NCBI GenBank assembly: GCA_003553905.1
Contig: PWEA01000005.1
Coordinates: 7,915-71,914 of the forward strand
DNA: 64,000 bases
Origin: Candidatus Aenigmatarchaeota archaeon
Lineage (GTDB): Archaea; Aenigmatarchaeota; Aenigmatarchaeia; PWEA01
Reading direction: 5' to 3'
Positions 19,391-29,478 of this stretch are shown here, piece by piece. A program made the position numbers and the translations under genes. The stretch's first letter is position 1, and each line of letters starts with the position of its first letter. The notes under the pieces are model-generated. The model did no database searches. It was not told where the DNA came from and saw only the letters and a list, made by a program, of their open reading frames with translations.

Positions 19391-20695
19391 TTACGGTTCA
19401 AGTCTATCGGGAGTCCTGGGGAAAAGCACAGCCTCCTTTATGTTTTCTATACCAAGAACACTTGCTATAAACCTATCCAAACCCATTCCAAAACCTCCGT
19501 GTGGTGGCATTCCATATCTAAATGCATCGAGATAAAACCTCATATCACTCGGATCCATACCCTGCTCTTCTATTCTCTTCTTTAAAAGCTCCAGGTTATG
19601 TATCCTCTGTCCACCGGAAGACAGCTCCCATGATCTATAGTTTAAATCAAAGGTCTGCGAGTATTTTGTATCCTCAGGATCTGGTCTGTAGTAGAAGGCT
19701 CTTTCGTCTGCAGGCCATCTCTTTATAAAATAAAAGTCGTGTCCTTCTTCCTTAAGCCTATCACCTATTTTTCTCATGGCCTTTATGTTTATATCCTCCC
19801 CCCATTGTATATCCTCTCCCTCCTCCTCTGCTATTTCTAAAGCTTCATCATAAGTTAACCTTTTCAATGGAAGCTCTGGTATTTCTAGACCTACATCCAA
19901 CTCTTCAAGCTGTTTGCGGCCTTTTTCTTTTATCATATTTACCATATCTCGGACAACCATCTCCTGTACCTCCATGACATCTTCTTGGTCCTCTATAAAT
20001 GACATCTCCATGTCCACAGACCATGATTCTGTAAGATGCCTTGGAGTCCGACTTTTTTCGGCACGCCACTGTGGAGTTATTTCGTATACCCTTTCAGCAC
20101 CACTCGCCTGCATCAGTTGTTTGTAAAGCTGTGCAGACTGAACCAAGAAAGCTTCTCTTTCGTAATATATTATAGGAAAGACTTCAGCGCCACCCTCGGT
20201 GCCCGAAACTGTTATCTTTGGTGTGTGAACCTCCATAAACCCGTTCTCCTCTAAACATTTCCTGGCTCCACGGCAGGCAAGGTCCCTGACCTCGAATATA
20301 GCCCTTCTATCGACCTTTCTTAAATCCATAAAACGGTTGTCAAGTCGTGTAGCAAGATTGGCATCCTGTTTTCCGCGTGGATCCATAGGAAGAGGTTTTT
20401 TTGCCTCGGAAAGTAGTTCAAGACTCTCGGGGTGTATTTCATTCCCGCCAGGTGCCTGTTCGTTTTCTTTTACAGCACCAACGACTGATATAACTGACTC
20501 ACGGGTAAGTTCCTCTGCGAGTTCAAGTAGGTTCCCATCAACCTCATCCTCTTTAACCGTTATCTGAACCTCGCCGTATCTATCCGCCAATATAAGAAAC
20601 ATTATACTTCCGAGATCCCTCTTTTCGCGTAGCCAACCCTGAACCTTCACGCTACCCGAGCTACCGGCGATATCCGAAGTGTGTATTCTTTCCAT
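19391..20695 (-). CDS. aspS: Aspartyl-tRNA synthetase (archaeal type, probably non-discriminating)
   Basis: OB fold, EGGAE.F, QLYKQ, ELSSGGQR, YGMPPHGGFG.G..R; Pro at the position equivalent to the discriminating Lys (QAPGG). Confidence 0.93.
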   Translation of the reverse strand: MERIHTSDIAGSSGSVKVQGWLREKRDLGSIMFLILADRYGEVQITVKEDEVDGNLLELAEELTRESVISVVGAVKENEQAPGGNEIHPESLELLSEAKKPLPMDPRGKQDANLATRLDNRFMDLRKVDRRAIFEVRDLACRGARKCLEENGFMEVHTPKITVSGTEGGAEVFPIIYYEREAFLVQSAQLYKQLMQASGAERVYEITPQWRAEKSRTPRHLTESWSVDMEMSFIEDQEDVMEVQEMVVRDMVNMIKEKGRKQLEELDVGLEIPELPLKRLTYDEALEIAEEEGEDIQWGEDINIKAMRKIGDRLKEEGHDFYFIKRWPADERAFYYRPDPEDTKYSQTFDLNYRSWELSSGGQRIHNLELLKKRIEEQGMDPSDMRFYLDAFRYGMPPHGGFGMGLDRFIASVLGIENIKEAVLFPRTPDRLEP

Positions 20696-20704
20696 GGTAA
20701 ATCC

Positions 20705-20956
20705 TCAAAGATTGTAGAAAAATACTGAGAAAACTGCCCAAATAAGTATAAATGGCACTGCTCCGTTGCTAATCCACCACTTTAGTCCCCTTTCTTCATC
20801 CTCAGAAACAAATATCTTTGCCGCATTGCCTGTAACTAGAAGAACTGCGATTGCTACTCCGAGTGCATGCGTAGGTTGACCAGTAAAGTTTGAAAGGTAT
20901 CCTGCAACGGCACCTGATAATGCATGTACTGATGTCAGTAGTTTGTCGTCGTCCAT
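20705..20956 (-). CDS. Small 3-TM membrane protein (archaeal EMC6-like)
   Basis: H...G.VAGY.S and KWW..NG..PFI..W....F.YN pattern. Confidence 0.6.
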   Translation of the reverse strand: MDDDKLLTSVHALSGAVAGYLSNFTGQPTHALGVAIAVLLVTGNAAKIFVSEDEERGLKWWISNGAVPFILIWAVFSVFFYNL

Positions 20957-21040
20957 AATACCCCCACAGTTTAAGCTACACTGGTTTTTATAGTTTGTAC
21001 TTAAATAATTTATTTAAATCTAGGAGAAAAAGTTAACTCC

Positions 21041-21682
21041 ATGAAAAGGGTCCATGGATACGTATCCATTGTTATCGTGTCTTTTCTTCTCCTTGGCAGC
21101 ATTGCATCGGCGGACTTCTTCAGCGAGGATCTAATGATAATTGTTGGGATAGAAGAAAGGATGGACATAGAGGTAACGGACTGTACGGGTTACGGAGACG
21201 AAACAATAGAAAAGAAACTAGGTGAATGGGGTCACTGTAATATAAGTCTTAGAAACGAAGGAAATACCGACTTCACCTTTAACATCACAGCTCCCCTTGA
21301 CCAAGGAAACAGAGACTGGACAAGATGGAAGTTTGAATGTACCGATGACATCGGAACGTGTAACGGTGAATCAGATTCAGAAATGGAGCCCCTGGATAAG
21401 GATCCTAAGGTAAGCAACATAGAACTCAATGCCGGTGAAAGTACACTGCTTCGATTAAATACCTCGGTTTCGTTATCAGGAAAGAGCTCCATAATAGGGC
21501 TTGTTATGGTCTATGAAGATCAAGAAGGTGATCCCGAGGAAGTAGGTAAAATTACCGTTATAACCGAGGACGAAATGGGTGATGAATATGGCCCCTTTGT
21601 AGCGCCTGGGTACACAGAAACTTCAATCATAGCACTCTTTATACTATCGGTTTCACTGTTTTCGTTAACAAAAATCAGATAG
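21041..21682 (+). CDS. Secreted surface protein with Ig-like region and C-terminal TM anchor
   Basis: Sec signal (ASA|D), I.LRNEGN...FN.T, APGY + TM + basic tail. Confidence 0.75.
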   Translation: MKRVHGYVSIVIVSFLLLGSIASADFFSEDLMIIVGIEERMDIEVTDCTGYGDETIEKKLGEWGHCNISLRNEGNTDFTFNITAPLDQGNRDWTRWKFECTDDIGTCNGESDSEMEPLDKDPKVSNIELNAGESTLLRLNTSVSLSGKSSIIGLVMVYEDQEGDPEEVGKITVITEDEMGDEYGPFVAPGYTETSIIALFILSVSLFSLTKIR

Positions 21683-22339
21683 ATTTCCTTGGTTCTTTTC
21701 CTCGACCATTCTTTCTGCCGTTACCCAACTATTCCTAACTACATGAGGAAAAACGCCGTCTCTTTCAAGAACTCTATGAAGAAACTTCTTTGTCCTGTCA
21801 TCACTGGGATACCCATTTCCTATCTCCTCGTCAAGTTTTCTTTCTATATCAACTACTGAACTATCTCTTGTTACCTTGGCAAGAATAGAGGCCGCAGAAA
21901 CAACCGGATAGTTTTCATCTGCCTTGTTCTCTGCAACTATTTCCACAGTCTTTCTTGCTTCCTCGCTCAGAAGACTTTGTATAACCCTTTGAACCTTGTC
22001 CGTATTCGCTTCTGTGGCATCAACTATTGCCCTATCTGGTCTTAAAGTATCTATAAGATTCGCCATTCGTTTGGCTTCTATGAGGTTCAGACTCATGCTC
22101 CTCATCTCTTCATCTATTTTGCTGGCCCTTATCTTTATCACAGCAAAATCATGAGCAACCTCTTTTACCTGCTCTTCCAGCTCTTCCCTTCTCTTCTTAC
22201 TAAGTTTTTTAGAATCATCGACACCCATATCTTCAAGAACCTTCTCCTTTCCCTCCTCGACTACAACCGCAGCTATACAAAGAGGACCAACTACGGCCCC
22301 TCTACCGGCCTCATCAACTCCCAGAACAAGATCAGACAC
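21665..22339 (-). CDS. rnhB: Ribonuclease HII
   Basis: GVDEAGRG, DSKKL, VSAASILAKV.RD, G.GYPSD; C-terminal PIP box QGNLSDF. Confidence 0.96.
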   Translation of the reverse strand: MSDLVLGVDEAGRGAVVGPLCIAAVVVEEGKEKVLEDMGVDDSKKLSKKRREELEEQVKEVAHDFAVIKIRASKIDEEMRSMSLNLIEAKRMANLIDTLRPDRAIVDATEANTDKVQRVIQSLLSEEARKTVEIVAENKADENYPVVSAASILAKVTRDSSVVDIERKLDEEIGNGYPSDDRTKKFLHRVLERDGVFPHVVRNSWVTAERMVEEKNQGNLSDFC

Positions 22340-22443
22340 CTTAGCACCATAGAAAAAATAGTTTTTGAACTTATTAAGATTCGGATACTAATCCAACAAA
22401 CTTTAAAAGCTTACTTCACAATTCAATTAAGGTAGTGAAATAA

Positions 22444-22518
22444 AGCGGGGTAGAGCAGCCTGGAGTGCTCGTCGGGCTCATAACCCGGAGGTCGGTGGTT
22501 CAAATCCACCCCCCGCTA
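22444..22518 (+). tRNA. Initiator tRNA-Met (CAT)
   Basis: AGCGGGG...CCCCGCT-A cloverleaf, A1-U72, GGG/CCC pairs in the anticodon stem, CTCATAA loop, GGTTCAAATCC; CCA not encoded. Confidence 0.97.
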
Positions 22519-22584
22519 CTATTTTCTAAAACAGCTCTGGAACAAGGCAAGGTATATAAATTTTTGTATTGTAAATAGTTAGAT

Positions 22585-23109
22585 ATGTCATCGAAAGAAG
22601 ATGCTCATGCTCCTGAATATAGGGTAAGAGGTGGTGAATTGGATTTTCCCCTCGATCCCGAAGAATTCGCTGAACTCCTTAGAAATGTAGAACTTATGGA
22701 GCTTGTTGATAAAAAACCTATATACCCCGGTGTAGAGAGATTGAAACCTGAAAACTCAACCAGAAGTAGAAAGGTTATAAACGGGTCGGGTGTGGGTGAA
22801 AAAACATCAGAAATTCTTGGTCTAGAAAATGATCTAATAGGTGAAGTATACTGCATAGAGGACAACTCCATATCGATACTTCTGGGAACAGAAACCCTGG
22901 GCAGGGGTGATGGCTACAAGAACCCTCTGAATTACAGTGTAAGGAAAGAAGGTAAAACACTGATACATTCGTTCAGGTGGAAGGGAACGGACTCGCCCGA
23001 TACAGAAACCGATTATGAAAAAAGGATACTCGATGCTTACGGTGATATAACAATGTCAAACAGAGATGATGTAGCAGACTACATGGAAATATGGACCGAT
23101 GGAGAGTAG
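22585..23109 (+). CDS. Hypothetical protein
   Basis: 174 aa acidic ORF; TATATAAA box upstream. Confidence 0.65.
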   Translation: MSSKEDAHAPEYRVRGGELDFPLDPEEFAELLRNVELMELVDKKPIYPGVERLKPENSTRSRKVINGSGVGEKTSEILGLENDLIGEVYCIEDNSISILLGTETLGRGDGYKNPLNYSVRKEGKTLIHSFRWKGTDSPDTETDYEKRILDAYGDITMSNRDDVADYMEIWTDGE

Positions 23110-23159
23110 AACTGCTTTTCTTGATAAAATACTTTAAAACTCCAAAAGTATACACATCC

Positions 23160-23711
23160 ATGCTAACACAAGAACAAGGCTCGAAGGTACTGGAATATAC
23201 AAGGAAAGTCTTCGAAAACTACATAGAAGGCCAAACTATACCCGATCCTCCCGACGAAGATTTCTTCAAAGAAAACAAAGGTGTTTTTGTAACGCTGAAA
23301 GGGGGAGATAATTTAAGAGGTTGTGTTGGGGTTCCCAGTCCCCGATTCAAACTTGGAGAAGCCATAAGGAGAGCTGCTATGTCTGCGGTAGATGATAGAA
23401 GATTTCCCCGGGTAGAAAAACACGAAACCAAAAAGATCGATATAGAGGTAACCATACTGACCGAACCTAAAACTATAGAAGTACAGGATCCATCGGATTA
23501 CTTAAAGAAGATAGAGATAGGTGAAGATGGACTGATAATAGAAAGGGGGAGTAAAAGCGGTCTTCTCCTTCCCCAGGTTCCTGTTGAACAGGACTGGAAC
23601 TGCAAGGAATATCTTAGGGGTCTGTGCAAAAAGGCTTTACTGGATCCAGATGCCTGGAAAAATAGTTCGACAGAGATAAAATCCTTCAGGGGTCAGATCT
23701 TTAGAGAATAG
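23160..23711 (+). CDS. AMMECR1 domain protein
   Basis: GVFVTL, LRGCVG, D.RF, GLLLPQV; start moved to the ATG of MLTQEQ. Confidence 0.93.
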   Translation: MLTQEQGSKVLEYTRKVFENYIEGQTIPDPPDEDFFKENKGVFVTLKGGDNLRGCVGVPSPRFKLGEAIRRAAMSAVDDRRFPRVEKHETKKIDIEVTILTEPKTIEVQDPSDYLKKIEIGEDGLIIERGSKSGLLLPQVPVEQDWNCKEYLRGLCKKALLDPDAWKNSSTEIKSFRGQIFRE

Positions 23712-23803
23712 ATACAATGACCACACTATATATACGATTTCTCGACATACAACGAGATAACCTTTATATATAACACATATCAATTGATATCATACGTGGT
23801 AAA

Positions 23804-24076
23804 ATGATTGAAATAGCATTCGTTCTTGTCTGCCTCCTAGCTCCTGTACTTGCTAAGTACGCAGGAATAATGGAGAGGGCAAAAAGAGGATTTTCATTGA
23901 TCGCTGGAGCAGGTATACTTTACCTGCTTTCTGCTTCCTTCGCAAGAACAGAACTTGTAGTTGAAGAAGCAGCTGAACTAGCAACATGGGGTTCCTACCT
24001 ATTTGGTCTCATTGGATGGATCTTCGTACTTGTGGGATCCCTTATGGTAGCATACAAATTTGCGATCGAGGAATAG
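23804..24076 (+). CDS. Small 3-TM membrane protein
   Basis: Three hydrophobic helices; own TATA box (TTTATATA). Confidence 0.7.
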   Translation: MIEIAFVLVCLLAPVLAKYAGIMERAKRGFSLIAGAGILYLLSASFARTELVVEEAAELATWGSYLFGLIGWIFVLVGSLMVAYKFAIEE

Positions 24077-24106
24077 TAGAGACATAAAAAATCTCTACAC
24101 CTTTTC

Positions 24107-24943
24107 TTATTTTTTATCTTTGAAAACGCAGTCTACACATATCTTCCATTTTCTAGGAGCAAACGGTAAGACCTTTCTAGTGTCCTTTATCTCTGTTTCC
24201 TTGTTGTTTCTTCGTCCTGCCTCAATGAGGTTCTCCTTGGCTTTGTCGTAAAGTCCATCTTCTCCACTCCAACTATAGTAATGTACGATGCCTGTATCTT
24301 TCAAACACTTCACAGCCAAATCTAGAAACCTATCCGAATCCTTTGGAAGTGGCATAAGAACCCTATCACACATTCCAAAATATTCGGGACATATATCCAT
24401 CACATCACCTTTGAGAGGAACCACAGTATCCTCAAGCTTGTTCAGTTTTATGTTTTCCTCGAGATAATCGCATGCAGCTGGATTTAACTCAACTGCATAT
24501 ATCTTATTGACATCCTTTTCCCTGGCTATTACAATTGGGAATGGTCCAACACCTGCAAACATGGCCATTATAGTTTCACCCCTCTCGACCTGCTCCATTA
24601 TCCTCTGCCTTTCCGTTGCCTCCTTCTCAGAAAAATAAACCTTTGTTGGGTCAAGTTTAAACCGACATCCATGTTCTTTATGTATGGTTTCTATATTGTC
24701 CATCCCTGCTATTAGTTCATAGTCCCTCGTCCGAAACTCTCCTTTACGACCCGAAGTCTCTCTCAAAACCGTCCTTATATGACTGTTGAGTTCCATCAGT
24801 CTTTCGCCTATGATATCCTTCCTATGTTCAAGTTCCTCGGGAACCTCCAATATAGCTACATCACCCACTACCTCAAAGGACTTGACTAGATGGTCAAGCT
24901 CGTCGTCGTCAAGATCGTCTTCTAAAGCATCCTTGAGATCCAT
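24107..24943 (-). CDS. Trm5/Tyw2 family tRNA methyltransferase
   Basis: VGDVAI, G.FR.R, H.E.GC.F.LD..KVYFS, MFAGVGPF, DRVLMPLP. Confidence 0.9.
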   Translation of the reverse strand: MDLKDALEDDLDDDELDHLVKSFEVVGDVAILEVPEELEHRKDIIGERLMELNSHIRTVLRETSGRKGEFRTRDYELIAGMDNIETIHKEHGCRFKLDPTKVYFSEKEATERQRIMEQVERGETIMAMFAGVGPFPIVIAREKDVNKIYAVELNPAACDYLEENIKLNKLEDTVVPLKGDVMDICPEYFGMCDRVLMPLPKDSDRFLDLAVKCLKDTGIVHYYSWSGEDGLYDKAKENLIEAGRRNNKETEIKDTRKVLPFAPRKWKICVDCVFKDKK

Positions 24944-26403
24944 AGTGAAACACCTCTAAAAAAATCATCTAAAACCCTGGCTGTGTTTTCGACAAAAAGA
25001 TCCAAAGTTCCTGGTAAGGTTGGGTCCTCTAGCACACGTCTCTCTTCTATATCTATTTCTTCTTTTCTAGCGTCAAACGTATGGTTTAGATATATATCTT
25101 CCATGTCGAAGGTCTGGTTATTTATACGGTCCAGACAACTATCAAACTCAGTCCTGCTTTCATTATAACATGGTCGCATGTCGACTATATCCTCCATAAT
25201 TCTAGCTTTTTCGCCGGGATCTTCGATCCTTCTCCCGATTTCAGAAAGCTCACTATACAAATCTCTTAACGAATCCATACCCTCGTTCTTTACATGATTG
25301 CGTATAATAAGCTCTGAAAGGGCATAACCAAATGTTCTTGAATCCTCGTACTCTTCGTTTCTGGGTGACCAGTATACTATCCAGTCATCACCCTCCGAAT
25401 AGTAGTCCCATAGTTCGTCGGAAGAAGACTTGGAAGGTATCCTATACCTCGAGCCATCTTCGGTGTAGTCCACTGCCTCTCCAAACACTTCGGCTCTAGG
25501 AAAACCAACGACCTCGGAAAAGAGAAGTTCTGTGAACTGCGCAGTCCCCTCATCATAGTAGGCTGTTCCTGTTGAATCCCAGTTGAGAGCTCGATCGTTA
25601 AACGCATGTGTTGTTTCATGTAAAAGTGTACTTATCATATCTATATGGTCCATCTTTTCACGTATCGCTACAAGTCCGCCTGATTTATACATACCATCAC
25701 TCCACGATCCGAACTCGTCATCGTAGGAATCATCAGAAAGCACCACAACAGGAATCTTTTCATGTGGGTTCGAAACTCCTGTAACATGCTCGACAATTGG
25801 AAACATCTCCTCCGCTTCTGAGAAGTCATAGTCCTCAGAATAGTAATAATTATCTGTAGATTCGCCTCCGTCGGAAAGGTATCCCAATAACCAGAGATTA
25901 CCTTCCCCTTCGAACTTAAGAAGACCATCGGAATACTGTGATTTAAACAAAAATGGTTCGTTCCATGAAACCAACCGGGTATCTTCTACAACCACGTTTG
26001 TCTTTCTACCATCAAAGCCAAAAAGCCCCACATCTAGCCTTTTCAACCCGGAAAAGGGTTCTGTAAGAGCCCGATTCTTTGACCAAGCCACCTCTATATC
26101 ATGCTCTCTTCTTGAAACGGACGAATCGACCTCCAGGACCAAGTTACCGCCATCATAGCTATATGTAGCTTCTCCAACCTGACTGGATACGTTGATTACA
26201 TCTATATCTTCTTCAAGTCCAACCGTAATCCTTGCCCCACCAACGGCTTCCTCTGACTCCAGTAGGAGAAACGAATCCACTAGAGCTGAACCGCCGTCCA
26301 ACTCAACATCATGTCTAACAAAGGCCGAGGTCGTCGACGAAACAAGCGAAAAAAATAGTACAAAAGCAACTAAAGTACAAAAGCTCTTCGTGTATGGACG
26401 CAT
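24922..26403 (-). CDS. Secreted gluzincin (M1-like) metallopeptidase
   Basis: Signal peptide; HETTH followed by DEG (HEXXH...E). Confidence 0.75.
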   Translation of the reverse strand: MRPYTKSFCTLVAFVLFFSLVSSTTSAFVRHDVELDGGSALVDSFLLLESEEAVGGARITVGLEEDIDVINVSSQVGEATYSYDGGNLVLEVDSSVSRREHDIEVAWSKNRALTEPFSGLKRLDVGLFGFDGRKTNVVVEDTRLVSWNEPFLFKSQYSDGLLKFEGEGNLWLLGYLSDGGESTDNYYYSEDYDFSEAEEMFPIVEHVTGVSNPHEKIPVVVLSDDSYDDEFGSWSDGMYKSGGLVAIREKMDHIDMISTLLHETTHAFNDRALNWDSTGTAYYDEGTAQFTELLFSEVVGFPRAEVFGEAVDYTEDGSRYRIPSKSSSDELWDYYSEGDDWIVYWSPRNEEYEDSRTFGYALSELIIRNHVKNEGMDSLRDLYSELSEIGRRIEDPGEKARIMEDIVDMRPCYNESRTEFDSCLDRINNQTFDMEDIYLNHTFDARKEEIDIEERRVLEDPTLPGTLDLFVENTARVLDDFFRGVSLWISRML

Positions 26404-26532
26404 ACAGTCTACTGATGGGCCCAGAGATAAAAAACTTTAGAAAGTAAACGATAACTCTTCCTGCGCCACCCAAACCGATCGAAACGATGATCGGTGATGG
26501 GATATTTAAAGTTTAAGAAACCTACTTTTTCC

Positions 26533-27273
26533 ATGCTCACTCTTATAGGCCTCGGTCTTATAGACGAAAAAGACATAAGTATCAGAGGTCTCGAAGCATT
26601 GGAACAATCCGATGAGGCCTTCCTTGAGATATACACCTCGCCCTGGAAAGGTCGGAGAGGCCTCGCGGACTATACAGATATTGATATAGAAACCGTTAGT
26701 AGGAGCGACCTGGAAGAAAACGTTGATAGAATACTGGATCTGGCTGAGAAGAAGGATATCGCTGTATTGATACCCGGTGATCCTCTTGTAGCTACCACAC
26801 ACGTAGAACTTTTAATCCAAGCCAAGAGAAGAGGTATAGATACAAGTATTGTGCACTCATCCTCGATCTATTCGGCTGTAGCTGAAACAGGCCTTCAGAT
26901 ATACAAGTTTGGAAAAACCACTACAATACCAACGCCACAGAAAAACTACAGACCTGAATCACCATATGAAGCAATAGCTGAAAACAAGGCCATGGGTCTT
27001 CATACTCTTGCCCTTCTTGATATAAAGGAAGATGCTATGAAAGTCAAAGAAGGATTAGAATATCTTTTAGAACTCGAAGAAAGGAAGGGTGACGGTATAA
27101 TAGACAAGGATGAAAAGGTTGTGGCATTCAGTATAGGAAAAGGTAAAAAAAGCATAGCTTACAGAAGGCTGGGAGAAATGTTAGAAATGGATTTTCCAAC
27201 TCCGGCAGTAGTAGTTTTCCCTGGGAAGCTCCACGAAAAGGAAGAGGAGGCACTCGAGCTACTTTCCATTTGA
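26533..27273 (+). CDS. dph5: Diphthine synthase
   Basis: L.LIGLGL, E.YTS, GDPLVATTH, GLQIYKFG, GLHTL.LLD; start at ATG 26533. Confidence 0.95.
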   Translation: MLTLIGLGLIDEKDISIRGLEALEQSDEAFLEIYTSPWKGRRGLADYTDIDIETVSRSDLEENVDRILDLAEKKDIAVLIPGDPLVATTHVELLIQAKRRGIDTSIVHSSSIYSAVAETGLQIYKFGKTTTIPTPQKNYRPESPYEAIAENKAMGLHTLALLDIKEDAMKVKEGLEYLLELEERKGDGIIDKDEKVVAFSIGKGKKSIAYRRLGEMLEMDFPTPAVVVFPGKLHEKEEEALELLSI

Positions 27274-27283
27274 TGGTGTTAAG

Positions 27284-27529
27284 ATGAGAGAAACAGAAAA
27301 GCTACTCGTGAAGGAAACAGACAAATGGCTATCCAGATTAAAGAGCAAAGAAGTGATCTCTTTAGGTAAAAAAGGCGACATGATCAAAGAAAATATAGAA
27401 GCATACACGGAGGATGCAGAACACTTTTTAGACAAGGATGACCTCGTACGAGCGTTTGAAGCAGTTGTTTGGGCATGGAGCTGGCTAGAGATAGGTGAAG
27501 AACTGGGGAAAGTAGAAAGATCCGAATAA
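27284..27529 (+). CDS. DUF357 family protein
   Basis: AY..DA.HFL...D.V.AF.AV.WAW.WLE; typical neighbour of dph5. Confidence 0.85.
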   Translation: MRETEKLLVKETDKWLSRLKSKEVISLGKKGDMIKENIEAYTEDAEHFLDKDDLVRAFEAVVWAWSWLEIGEELGKVERSE

Positions 27530-27550
27530 TTTTCTCGAAGTATAAATATC

Positions 27551-27955
27551 TTGACCTGGAACTATTTCTCGTCGAGCAAAACCTTGGACTGTGTGGTGAA
27601 TATCATCGAAAAAAAGAATTATGTAAAAAATCATCCAGGAGAAGATGCTACCGAAGACGAATGGGTAGAGATGTACAAGCAACATATCAATAGAGAAAAA
27701 AACGAGGGTATAGAAGGCTTTGTTACAGCCTACGAACTACTCGGAGAAGACAGACACAGATGGTTAAAAAGGATCTTAGGGATAGACAAGAAAATGAAGA
27801 AACCTCCCGAAGAACACAGAGAAGAGGAGGATATCTACAGGATACGAAACGAAACTGGAAAGTACGGAGAAATGCTGTCTGAGAATGAAAGAAAGCATCC
27901 AGGAGAAGAGAATTCCGACGATATCTGGTTAGAAAGATACGATGGATCTAGGTAG
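27551..27955 (+). CDS. Hypothetical protein (start uncertain)
   Basis: Charged ORF with an internal repeat KNHPGEDATEDEW / RKHPGEENSDDIW. Confidence 0.55.
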   Translation: MTWNYFSSSKTLDCVVNIIEKKNYVKNHPGEDATEDEWVEMYKQHINREKNEGIEGFVTAYELLGEDRHRWLKRILGIDKKMKKPPEEHREEEDIYRIRNETGKYGEMLSENERKHPGEENSDDIWLERYDGSR

Positions 27956-28068
27956 TTTTTCGGATTAAATGAAGTGTTGTTAAAAACACCTGCAGTTTTA
28001 CTACTTTAGAGTTACAAATAACCCAAACCTTTAAATAGTAGGAATGTTAATTACTAATTGGTGGTAAT

Positions 28069-28398
28069 ATGTCAGAAGAAAAAAAGTTGTACGATAAAGA
28101 TAATGTCAAAAAAGGTGTCACAGAAGGACTGATGGACTTTGGAGATTATCTGACAAAGGGTTCAAAAAGCTTTCTGAAAGAAGTTTACGAAGGTGTCAAG
28201 TATAATCCAAAGGGAGAAGACTGGTATCCTGATACCTACGATGAAATCGATATAGGAGAAGACGAAGAAGAACTCTATATAGATCTAGAAAGTATGGTAG
28301 ATTATTGGAAGGACGTAGAAACAGAGTACAAGGATCTGAAGGATCACAAAGATACCCTTGTCGAAGACTTGGAGTACCTAGACTCCAACGAAGAGTAA
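28069..28398 (+). CDS. Acidic hypothetical protein
   Basis: 109 aa; TTTAAATA box and GGTGG RBS. Confidence 0.7.
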   Translation: MSEEKKLYDKDNVKKGVTEGLMDFGDYLTKGSKSFLKEVYEGVKYNPKGEDWYPDTYDEIDIGEDEEELYIDLESMVDYWKDVETEYKDLKDHKDTLVEDLEYLDSNEE

Positions 28399-28416
28399 AA
28401 TTTCTCAGGTGATTAT

Positions 28417-29433
28417 ATGAACGAAACAGAAATATATGAAAAACTTATGCGTGGCGTGGAAACCCGGGTAAAGGTAAAAGAGAAGATTAAAAATATTTCT
28501 CCAGAGTCCTTGATAAACAAAATAAACGGTTTTGAAAATGAGCTTGATGAAGGATACAACGAGTTTATAGGACCATGTCTACAGGAATACTGCAGCGTTC
28601 AGGAAAGACTGGAAAAGGTTCAGGAAGAAATAAACCAAGGAAGCGGGGACTGTGAGGAGTACAGGGATATTGAAAACAAAATCGAAGGTTCTTTTGGAGG
28701 ACTACCCTGGGAACCCGAGGACATAAAACAGATTGCAGACGAGGATGCAAAAGCCTACAACGATGCCATAAAAGAAAATGTTGACTCCGAAATACTTGAA
28801 AGAATAACTAATCAGGTAGATGTCTGGGAAAGTATGAAGGATTTAGTTAAAGAAAATCCAGGCGAACTGGAAAAAAGATTAGACCAAGCCCTTGAAGAAG
28901 AAAGGGGTCTGCTCGTTGAAATAGAAGAATCCATTGATCCTATATACAAGAAACAGGTGGAAATCGTTCGAAACTTAGAGGAAGCCGGTTATATAGAAAA
29001 CATCCTTGAAGATGCTGATAAGACGTACAATACAAGAGCCTACACAAAGGAAAGCAAGGCAATAAAATACCATGAGGGTCTATTGGACTTGAACGTTCTA
29101 GAGCAGAAAATGTACAATAACGGGAACAGAAGGGGGAGTGTACTGGATGACGATGATTATAAAATAGCAGACAGGATAAACGATATGACTATAGACGACA
29201 TCAACGACTGGAAGGTAAAAATAAATAGAGCTATGGAATCAGAAGAAAAATCGTACCTAGAACCAACAGAAGCACTCCAGGAAACAGTGAACGCATACGT
29301 AAATGAAATACTGGGGGGTAAAGACAGGAAGGGTGCAAAAGAAAAACTGAGAGTCGCTTACACAGACATAAGAGAGTGTACTAGCAAAGGACACGGAAAC
29401 GGTATACCCTGGCAGATCGTACAGGATATATAA
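28417..29433 (+). CDS. Acidic coiled-coil hypothetical protein
   Basis: 338 aa helical, AGGTGA RBS. Confidence 0.75.
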   Translation: MNETEIYEKLMRGVETRVKVKEKIKNISPESLINKINGFENELDEGYNEFIGPCLQEYCSVQERLEKVQEEINQGSGDCEEYRDIENKIEGSFGGLPWEPEDIKQIADEDAKAYNDAIKENVDSEILERITNQVDVWESMKDLVKENPGELEKRLDQALEEERGLLVEIEESIDPIYKKQVEIVRNLEEAGYIENILEDADKTYNTRAYTKESKAIKYHEGLLDLNVLEQKMYNNGNRRGSVLDDDDYKIADRINDMTIDDINDWKVKINRAMESEEKSYLEPTEALQETVNAYVNEILGGKDRKGAKEKLRVAYTDIRECTSKGHGNGIPWQIVQDI

Positions 29434-29478
29434 AAACCTAGTTTTTTATATAGGAGCCTTCAATTAATTACTGGTAGC

